The notes below the pieces were generated by a model. The model did not search any database. It had not been told where the DNA came from and saw only the letters and a program-made list of their open reading frames with translations. Shown here piece after piece: positions 57,133-64,000 of a stretch of DNA of 64,000 nt; the first letter of the stretch is position 1; each line of letters opens with the position of its first letter. Position numbers and translations under genes: made by a program. The stretch spans positions 23,476 to 87,475 of the forward strand of contig JABIFX010000077.1 in assembly GCA_018650445.1 (NCBI GenBank), written 5' to 3'. Origin of the DNA: Fidelibacterota bacterium. Lineage in GTDB: Bacteria; Fidelibacterota; UBA8477; JABMPR01.

Positions 57133-58215
57133 TTACCGTTTCTTGTTCCCTTTATGCTGTTGAGTCAAGCGCCGCTGCTCTTTACTGACCGCCTTCCACT
57201 TCTTTCTTTCCGCCTGTTCGGCCTGCACGTCAGTCTTTCGATCGAGGTAAGAGAGTTCTTTTTTCAATTTCATATAATTATTAATTCTTTCCTCTGAGAG
57301 ATCGCCACTTTCAACGGCGGCAATCACAGCGCAACCAGGCTCTGTCTCATGAGAACAGTCTGAAAATCTGCACTCCACAGCAATATCGTCAATATCTGAA
57401 AAACTTTTATCAAGATTATCGTCCCGCCGCCAGAGTTGGAGCTCACGCATCCCAGGCGTATCGATCAACAAGCCGCCTGTAGGTAGAAATATTAATTCAC
57501 GATGTGTGGTAGTGTGTCGGCCCTTGCCATCCTTTTCTCTTACCGAGGCAGTGTGAAGGAGTTCATGACCCACAAAATGATTGATAAGCGTGGACTTGCC
57601 CACACCGGATGAACCCAACAGAGCGATAGTTTGGCCAGGTGCAATATATTGCCTTAGATTGCTCAAACCAATTTGCGCTTTCGCGCTGACGGCATAGATG
57701 GGCACATTCTGGATTCTTTCTTGAAGTGATTCTATGATGGGTTCAGTCAATTCTACCAGATCAGATTTGGCCAGGATGATCACTGGTCTTGCCCCAGATT
57801 CAACCACAAGGGCAATATATCTCTCCAGGCGAGCTGGATTCAGATCAGCGCCAAATGTTGAAACTATCCATACCGTATCAAGGTTGGTGGCCATGACCTG
57901 CTCGTTGGAATTTTTTCCAGCAACTTTCCGAGAAAATGTGGATTTTCTTGGTAAAACGCCGCGGATGGTGGCTTTGCCTCTTACATCTGTATCATCCACA
58001 ACCACCCAGTCCCCTACAGCTGGCAATTCGGTTTGCTTGAAGGGCGCATGATAGAGTCTGCCCGCTGCTTTTGCGGAGATATCAGCCTTACCCGTATGGA
58101 CCTTGTATTCGCTACGATGTTCAGAAATGACACGAGCAGGGATACCTCGATTGTCTTCTGCCTGTGCTAGTTTTTCAGCCCAGGTTTCATCCCACCCATA
58201 GTCTTCAAGACTCAT
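57133..58215 (-). CDS. rsgA: Ribosome small-subunit-dependent GTPase A
   Basis: Motifs GSSGVGKSTLIN and DTPG, a C-terminal zinc-finger CRFSDCSH...C, and a Lys-rich tail. Confidence 0.9.
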   Translation of the reverse strand: MSLEDYGWDETWAEKLAQAEDNRGIPARVISEHRSEYKVHTGKADISAKAAGRLYHAPFKQTELPAVGDWVVVDDTDVRGKATIRGVLPRKSTFSRKVAGKNSNEQVMATNLDTVWIVSTFGADLNPARLERYIALVVESGARPVIILAKSDLVELTEPIIESLQERIQNVPIYAVSAKAQIGLSNLRQYIAPGQTIALLGSSGVGKSTLINHFVGHELLHTASVREKDGKGRHTTTHRELIFLPTGGLLIDTPGMRELQLWRRDDNLDKSFSDIDDIAVECRFSDCSHETEPGCAVIAAVESGDLSEERINNYMKLKKELSYLDRKTDVQAEQAERKKWKAVSKEQRRLTQQHKGNKKR

Positions 58216-58355
58216 TTATCTGCTTTCGTTTTGCGACGGTTCAACCATGATATCTATACAATTGAGTTAAATAACCCATCTATCGCCTCAATTCTAAGCA
58301 TACTGATGTGAAGAACTAGAAATAAATGATTTTCCAAACTGCTGAAAGATGACTA

Positions 58356-59486
58356 CTAATCTGATTCAAATAATAATCTACGAGCGTAGTAATATCCTGC
58401 GACGGTTAGATTACTAAACATATAGGTCATCAAGATGAGTAAGGGGTATTTCACAAGAACCGGTAATCCAGTATTCATCAGCATGGTTCCAAAAATACCG
58501 ATCATAATAACGTGGATGATATAGACCCCATATGAATATTGGTTTAAGTGAATCCACAATTTACCTGGTTTATTAAAATACCTCCAGAAGGTACCCAATG
58601 TAGCGTAGAGCATGGCAAGGAGTGAGAGATCAAAACTGAGCCACCAAATCGTCCGGTACAGCGGTGTAACACTAAAACCTTCTGGATAAACGAAGGGATA
58701 TAGACGGGCAAAGATGTGTAGGGTAACTGGAATCCAGGCGATACCATTTGTAATATTATACAACAATTTCCGGGGGGGACTGTTGAGAAACAACCCTTGT
58801 TTAAAGCTGCTGGCTCCCAGTAAAAAGGCTATGAAATAAATCAGGAGTCGCTCATTTTCAAAATCCAGGACAGGGGTTAGTGTCCAACTCCTCATTCCCA
58901 GCCACACGCCCATACTATAGCTATATACAAATCCGATGAAGCAGGTTGCCCAAATCCATGCTTTGATTGAAACCGGTGGTACTTTGATCTTGGTATTTGA
59001 AAAAATTAGATAGAGCAGGTTGAACAGAAAGAGAACTGGCAGGAACCATAACCAGTTCTGGCTATTGGGGTTATTGAAGTGAAAGTAGTTTGTCCAGATC
59101 TCCTGTGGCAGTCCTCGTGAATAAAGAAAAATGACTTTGTAAAGTGGAATTAATGTCAGGACTGCAATCAACCAGGGAAGTATCAATCTTTTAAGTTTCC
59201 CTTTCAGGAAAGCTGAAGCGGTTTTGTTTTTCAGCGAACCAGGGACCAGATAGCCCGCGATAAAAAACATGGTTGGCATCACCATGATATCAAACATGAT
59301 TCCAACAATACCTACCCAGGTAATGGTCGTTGGATCATCGACTATCCAGAACCAGCCCCATAGCCCTGTAGACTCATACACACCACCAACATGATAGAGT
59401 ACCACCAGAAAGATGGTGAAAGTTCTTAAATTGTCCATCCAATAGAGCCGCGTTGTTGGATCGCCTTTGGGTTTTTCAACATTCAT
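58356..59486 (-). CDS. Acyltransferase family 3 (OafA/YrhL-like) integral membrane protein
   Basis: N-terminal WMDNLRTFTIFLVVLYH and about 10 TM segments. Confidence 0.8.
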   Translation of the reverse strand: MNVEKPKGDPTTRLYWMDNLRTFTIFLVVLYHVGGVYESTGLWGWFWIVDDPTTITWVGIVGIMFDIMVMPTMFFIAGYLVPGSLKNKTASAFLKGKLKRLILPWLIAVLTLIPLYKVIFLYSRGLPQEIWTNYFHFNNPNSQNWLWFLPVLFLFNLLYLIFSNTKIKVPPVSIKAWIWATCFIGFVYSYSMGVWLGMRSWTLTPVLDFENERLLIYFIAFLLGASSFKQGLFLNSPPRKLLYNITNGIAWIPVTLHIFARLYPFVYPEGFSVTPLYRTIWWLSFDLSLLAMLYATLGTFWRYFNKPGKLWIHLNQYSYGVYIIHVIMIGIFGTMLMNTGLPVLVKYPLLILMTYMFSNLTVAGYYYARRLLFESD

Positions 59487-59536
59487 GGTAAGTGCTCTCC
59501 TTGATAGAGAAATTATGTAGCCAATAGATATCGTGG

Positions 59537-59767
59537 TTACTTATCATCACCAATTTTTCCACGATGATAATCTGCCCAGAAAAAAGTGGTTTTGGCCATT
59601 TCTTCTACACCGGGTATACTTTCCTGAAGTTTTTTCTTTTTCTTAATTCTCAGAAGAATCGTGACGGCCGTTATCAATAGAACGAAGAGTCCAAGGAGGA
59701 TATAAATAAGTGATTGGGTCTCAATGTAAATTGACATTCTCCGCGCCCTTTCTTCAGATGGACTCAT
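59537..59767 (-). CDS. Small single-TM membrane protein, hypothetical
   Basis: 76 aa with one TM segment followed by KKKKK. Confidence 0.45.
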   Translation of the reverse strand: MSPSEERARRMSIYIETQSLIYILLGLFVLLITAVTILLRIKKKKKLQESIPGVEEMAKTTFFWADYHRGKIGDDK

Positions 59768-59805
59768 CCACCTCTAGTGGTACTTCATGACACCAGTAGT
59801 TGCTG

Positions 59806-60567
59806 TTAATTTGCCAGTTGGTCAAGAATTTTTGAGCAGCCACCACAGGCGATATAGTCGGCATGATCTTCCACATTTTTAAATTTTCTTCCCACAATAT
59901 CCGAACACTCAAACTCATAATCGCTGACTTCTAAAAATTTCTCCATGGCCTCTAGAGTTGCAGGATTATTAAACTCGAATTTCTCTCCAGACTCTAAATT
60001 GCTTTGCACGCCTTTAAGCCAGATGGCAGCTCCCAGTGCTCCGCAGGCCCCCCCACTTAATCCAATTCCACCGGCAAGGCCAGCAGCCATGACTTGATGT
60101 TCCTCTGAAAAGCCCATCTTCTTGGCCAAAAGGGATGCGCAACTGACAGGTTGGGTTGGAAATACTGATATTTCTTCTGAAAGCGTCTCTTCGATTTCCT
60201 TGTAGGCTTGGGGAGCGAATTTCGCTGCCATTCTAAAACAGCCTATTGTTCCGCCTTTAAACAGAAAGAATGTCACCATTTTTAGTGTAGAAGATGTTTC
60301 GTCGATATCAGTGATTTCAAGGCAATTGATATGCTCATTTTGAGTTCGAAATGTATCGACCAATTGTTGAGAAGCTTTGACCGCCCTGGTTTCAGCTTCT
60401 GATCCCGAGCCAGAGAGTCTGTAGGCTTCAGCCCCTGCTGCAAGTGCTGCTCCCCAAATCATGCCGCATTGATAGCCATGCTGCATGATACCACCGGCCA
60501 GGGTGGCAGTTGCTTTTTCCTCCAGAGCCTTGCTATTATCAAATCCCTGGTTGAGAACTCTCAACAA
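59806..60567 (-). CDS. C_GCAxxG_C_C-family putative redox-active protein
   Basis: Motifs GYQCGMIWGAALAAG and GLSGGACGALGAA, with C-terminal CGGC. Apparent TTG start. Confidence 0.7.
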   Translation of the reverse strand: MLRVLNQGFDNSKALEEKATATLAGGIMQHGYQCGMIWGAALAAGAEAYRLSGSGSEAETRAVKASQQLVDTFRTQNEHINCLEITDIDETSSTLKMVTFFLFKGGTIGCFRMAAKFAPQAYKEIEETLSEEISVFPTQPVSCASLLAKKMGFSEEHQVMAAGLAGGIGLSGGACGALGAAIWLKGVQSNLESGEKFEFNNPATLEAMEKFLEVSDYEFECSDIVGRKFKNVEDHADYIACGGCSKILDQLAN

Positions 60568-60669
60568 GGATTCTGATCAGGTACCTACCTTTAGGAATGC
60601 TCCCACAGCTCCCATTCCCGTGACATTGCCACTTGTTTTAACCATCAACGCTCCACTTTTTCAGATCAA

Positions 60670-61344
60670 TTACTCATTTTTTGCCAGGACAATATCCACT
60701 GGCAAACCAAACATGGACATCTCAGTTACACTTTGAATAACATATCCGTTATCCCTGAGAGATTTTTCAACATAAATAGGTCGGCAATCTACATATTTAT
60801 TGAAGTTTTTCTGAGTCCATTCATATAGTTTGACCATGACACTACTTTGGGATTTCTTAGACATAGACACAATGCAAAGTCTACCGCCAGGTTTTAGTAC
60901 TCGCTGACAGTCTGATAGAACTACAGGAATTTCAGGAGTGTCGAACAGTTCTAAGGTAAAACTTGAATAAACTGCATCAAAGGAATTGTCAGCGTAGGGC
61001 AACTCTGCTGCATCTCCGAGACATATCTCAACAGAATCACCAATCCCCGCCTTGTGGAGCTTTGCCTGGGCAACCTCCAACATTCCCGGAGAGAGATCCA
61101 CCCCAAAGATACCGCCTGTTTCCCCAGCACACTCGACCATTTTCAGTAAGCATTGTCCCGTTCCAAAACCGACCTCCAGGACCTGCTCCCCATTTTGAAT
61201 ATCCAGGATCTGCAAACCCATATCTTTATACTTCTTTTCGGAGAGACCTGCGAGCAAATCGTACCATCCACTCATTTTATCATAACTGGCTCTGGCTTCT
61301 TCCCGGGACCTGGTTACTCTACTTATGGGTGATGTGTTACTCAT
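60670..61344 (-). CDS. Class I SAM-dependent methyltransferase
   Basis: Motif I VLEVGFGTG and motif post-I FGVDLS; 224 aa. Confidence 0.8.
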   Translation of the reverse strand: MSNTSPISRVTRSREEARASYDKMSGWYDLLAGLSEKKYKDMGLQILDIQNGEQVLEVGFGTGQCLLKMVECAGETGGIFGVDLSPGMLEVAQAKLHKAGIGDSVEICLGDAAELPYADNSFDAVYSSFTLELFDTPEIPVVLSDCQRVLKPGGRLCIVSMSKKSQSSVMVKLYEWTQKNFNKYVDCRPIYVEKSLRDNGYVIQSVTEMSMFGLPVDIVLAKNE

Positions 61345-61362
61345 TGTGTTTAATTCTGCATG

Positions 61363-62526
61363 TTATTGTCTATAGACTATACCGATTTTTCCATGTGACA
61401 GGGTCAGAGATATTTCCCCACGTAACAGTTGTTCAGCCAGTTTTCCAAATAGATCTCGCCGCCAGCCACCAGACAATCTTGTTTCAACACCCAGCGTCAA
61501 TTGCTCCAAATCTGATTTTGAGGCAACCAGCTTGGGTGCCACATTATTTTTGTCACAGACATGAGTGAGTAAGGCACGTAGTAGCACGATAGCATTGCCA
61601 TTGATTTCCTCATCAGCGGTGGTATCCTGAACAGGCGGACACTCTGAGAGGGGCAGCTGTTGGGCTTTTTGGATAGTGCTGAGAATTTCTTGTCCTGCCC
61701 TACCCTGTGCATTGCCTCCAATCCCCCGTGCACGACCTAAATCCTTCAGATTCGCAGGAGGGTTAAAGACCAGGTCACGTAAAGCGAGATCTTTAATGAT
61801 CCATCCGCGTGGAATATTCTGGATTTTCGCCCGCTCTTCTCGCCAAGTTACCAATCCATGGAGCATGGCCAGACGACGTGGCGTCATATTTCTCATTTTC
61901 AATTTCCTGGCCTGAGTTTCCGGTTTGAATTCAAAACGCTTTGTGTCAGATAGCTCCAGCATTTCTTCTGCTACCCAGGTGGCTCGCCCTTGTTTATCAA
62001 TTTCCTTGTGAAGACGCTCATAGACTTTACAAAGATGTGTAACATCTGCCAGGGCATACTCGAGGTGACGATCTCGTAGAGGTCGTTTTGACCAGTCTAC
62101 GATCTGGGAACTCTTATCAATTCTGGTTTTTGTAAAGGTTTTAACCAATTGAGCGTAAGAAACTTGATCTCCGAAACCACAGACCATCGCTGCAATCTGG
62201 GAGTCAAATACTGGTGTAAGAGCCAATTTGAAATCATTCCACAAGATGACCAGATCCTGTTCAGCTGCATGAAATACTTTCACAATTCCTGGGTTTCTGA
62301 GAAATTGAATAAGCGGCTCAAGATCTATATCGCTAAGTGTGTCAATGACTGCGGCGTGGGAGCCATGAGCAATCTGGATTAGACAGAGTTGAGGATAATA
62401 AGTTTTTTCAGATAGAAACTCCGTATCCAGCGCCACATAAGGTGGAATCCCGATATCCTGAATAAAATTGACTAAATCTTGAGTATTCTTAATTAACAAG
62501 TACGTTTGCCTCCTGCTTGGTTTCAT
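61363..62526 (-). CDS. rnd: Ribonuclease D
   Basis: DEDDy exonuclease motifs (ALDTEF, ...H..AE.DL) and an HRDC-like C-terminus. Confidence 0.85.
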   Translation of the reverse strand: MKPSRRQTYLLIKNTQDLVNFIQDIGIPPYVALDTEFLSEKTYYPQLCLIQIAHGSHAAVIDTLSDIDLEPLIQFLRNPGIVKVFHAAEQDLVILWNDFKLALTPVFDSQIAAMVCGFGDQVSYAQLVKTFTKTRIDKSSQIVDWSKRPLRDRHLEYALADVTHLCKVYERLHKEIDKQGRATWVAEEMLELSDTKRFEFKPETQARKLKMRNMTPRRLAMLHGLVTWREERAKIQNIPRGWIIKDLALRDLVFNPPANLKDLGRARGIGGNAQGRAGQEILSTIQKAQQLPLSECPPVQDTTADEEINGNAIVLLRALLTHVCDKNNVAPKLVASKSDLEQLTLGVETRLSGGWRRDLFGKLAEQLLRGEISLTLSHGKIGIVYRQ

Positions 62527-62695
62527 TTAATGTAGCTTGAAGCTCTTGAATATGCGAGGATGGTCTTAAAAGAATTGGCAAATGAGGGGAATTTGACATG
62601 ATTTTTATATGCTACTGGGCAAGGGTCACAATTTATCGCCTAAACCAATAATATCATCCCTTTAGTAATCTTACTAGCTTGGAGTGAAATATTCT

Positions 62696-62723
62696 TTGAC
62701 ACAGGGACATGTCCGTCTATATT
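62696..62723 (+). promoter_or_regulatory. Sigma70-type promoter for rpmB (TTGACA, 16-nt spacer, TATATT) with a 10-bp perfect palindrome GGACATGTCC in the spacer
   Basis: The sequence ttgaca-cagggacatgtccgtc-tatatt lies about 22 bp upstream of the rpmB ATG at 62745. Confidence 0.55.
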
Positions 62724-62744
62724 TGCGCGCTTTAGAATGGGAGT

Positions 62745-62942
62745 ATGAAAATGGCAAAACGATGTGATATATGTGGAAAAGGTCCAGTTACGGGCAACAA
62801 TGTGAGTCACTCACACAAAAAATCTCGTCGCAGATGGTTACCTAACCTGCAACGTATTCGTGTTTCTGTTGATGGACAAAACACACATAAAAAAGTTTGC
62901 ACGAGCTGTATCAAGTCAGGGAAAATTGTAAAAGCTGCCTGA
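62745..62942 (+). CDS. rpmB: 50S ribosomal protein L28 (bL28, zinc-ribbon-containing form)
   Basis: The sequence [34 protein letters not shown]...CTSC. GGGAG RBS upstream. Confidence 0.92.
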   Translation: MKMAKRCDICGKGPVTGNNVSHSHKKSRRRWLPNLQRIRVSVDGQNTHKKVCTSCIKSGKIVKAA

Positions 62943-62967
62943 TTTTTTCCAATATCTAGAAAAATTT

Positions 62968-62997
62968 AAAAAGCTCCGTGAATCGGAGCTTTTTTTG
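62968..62997 (+). terminator. Intrinsic terminator after rpmB (agctccg-tgaat-cggagct plus T7)
   Basis: The sequence aaaaagctccgtgaatcggagcttttttt. Confidence 0.85.
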
Positions 62998-63065
62998 TAC
63001 CAATACCTCCCGTGATAGGTAGATTTTTACATGACTAACATTCTTCAAAAGCAAGTGATTATGAT

Positions 63066-64000
63066 ATGACTGAAACTGACATGACCTCATCTCAAGATAC
63101 TGAGCCTAATGCAAGCGATCAGGGCTCTCCAGCTCTAGCCTGTTATGGGATATCCAAACGATTTAAAACCATCCAGGCACTGGATGATGTGACTCTCAGC
63201 GTTCCCCGGGGATCCATTTTTGGGTTTCTTGGACCAAATGGAGCCGGAAAATCTACTTTGATCAGGGTGGTTGCCGGTCTCATTGCGGCTGATAAGGGAC
63301 ACTTTGATGTCCTAGGCAACTCCAGCCTTAAGGGACATGGGGTCCGTAAAGATATGAGTGCTCTGGTGGACAGAGCTGATTTTTATAAGAACCTCAGCGC
63401 CTATCAGAACATGAAGATCCTGGGACGAATCACTGGACATGATAGTGATGAACACATCAACAGTTTATTAGACCTGCTGGGATTATATGAACGTCGTAAG
63501 GATAAGGTTAAAACTTTTTCCCAGGGCATGAAACAGCGTCTTGGTTTGGCCCAATCACTTCTCCCCGATCCAAAACTCCTGGTTCTGGATGAGCCTACGA
63601 CTGGTCTTGATCCCCAGGGAATGCATGAGATACGAGATTTTATTCTAAAAATAGCGGCAGAACAGAATGTAACGATTTTTTTGTCCTCTCATCTTCTACA
63701 CGAAGTTGAACTGATCTGTTCAGATATTGCCCTTATTTTCAATGGTAAACTGGCTGCTCAGGGCTCCATGCAGAACATCTTCCGTGAAATTGATAGTGTG
63801 ACGATTGAGTTGGAGGTTGAAGATTCAAAAACCACTCTGGTCTTTCTGGAGAAAACAGATCTGGTTACTCAGATTACTCCCCTGGCCAACGCCATCAGCA
63901 TTGAGATTCATTACAATAAAATTCCTGAGCTCATTCGGCTCATGTCTGCTGCAAAAATCAATATCTTTTCAGTTTCTCAGCGGAATCGTCTAGAGAATTA
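63066..64000 (+). CDS. ABC transporter ATP-binding protein (ABC-2/GldA-CcmA type), 3' end truncated by the window edge
   Basis: Walker A GPNGAGKST, signature FSQGMKQRL and Walker B LLVLDEPT. No stop before 64000. Not in the ORF track because it is open-ended. Confidence 0.85.
   Translation, partial: MTETDMTSSQDTEPNASDQGSPALACYGISKRFKTIQALDDVTLSVPRGSIFGFLGPNGAGKSTLIRVVAGLIAADKGHFDVLGNSSLKGHGVRKDMSALVDRADFYKNLSAYQNMKILGRITGHDSDEHINSLLDLLGLYERRKDKVKTFSQGMKQRLGLAQSLLPDPKLLVLDEPTTGLDPQGMHEIRDFILKIAAEQNVTIFLSSHLLHEVELICSDIALIFNGKLAAQGSMQNIFREIDSVTIELEVEDSKTTLVFLEKTDLVTQITPLANAISIEIHYNKIPELIRLMSAAKINIFSVSQRNRLEN

Noticed and set aside
63805-63993. 62-aa ORF near the window end
   Set aside because: It lies in an alternative frame inside the well-supported ABC ATPase gene, which has Walker A, signature and Walker B motifs in the other frame. 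Spurious.

Overview
This 64 kb window is a gene-dense bacterial chromosomal segment of about 43-45% GC, mostly housekeeping and metabolic genes. The lineage cannot be assigned from sequence alone. Many predicted lipoproteins, a TTGACA/TATATT-type promoter and A-tract/T-tract hairpin terminators are compatible with an uncultured marine or sediment bacterium. I could support about 50 coding genes, one tRNA-Asp(GTC) and eight hairpin terminators. Recognisable genes include gdhA, type-I citrate synthase, an RsmF-like rRNA methyltransferase, two Fur-family regulators (one heading a fur-feoA-feoB operon), pruA, an SSS symporter, an OPT transporter, adenosine deaminase, pcrA, mltG, pckA, an IscS/NifS-like desulfurase, Spy/CpxP, a DAACS symporter, an S9 peptidase, a GT39 glycosyltransferase, yciH, a dus gene, a Pyl-free MttB-family methyltransferase, rsgA, rnd and rpmB. 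I saw no CRISPR array, transposase, integrase, phage genes or canonical defence or secretion operon. The unusual content is (i) a 1545-aa single polypeptide fusing an AMP-forming acyl-CoA synthetase, a ~750-aa region with no recognisable motifs and a C-terminal GNAT acyltransferase; (ii) an array of about 4.7 tandem ~59-bp repeats, each carrying a bidirectional terminator hairpin, between two convergent genes; (iii) a phospholipid-methyltransferase-like / PlsC-acyltransferase / Cys-rich fusion protein; (iv) a 5'-truncated REC-REC-PPDK_N signalling protein next to an oversized nitronate-monooxygenase-fold protein; (v) a run of five uncharacterised small or secreted genes between a putP-like symporter and pruA; and (vi) an orphan MttB-family methyltransferase with no corrinoid partner in the window. 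All domain calls come from motif recognition by eye, with no searches run, and are hypotheses.
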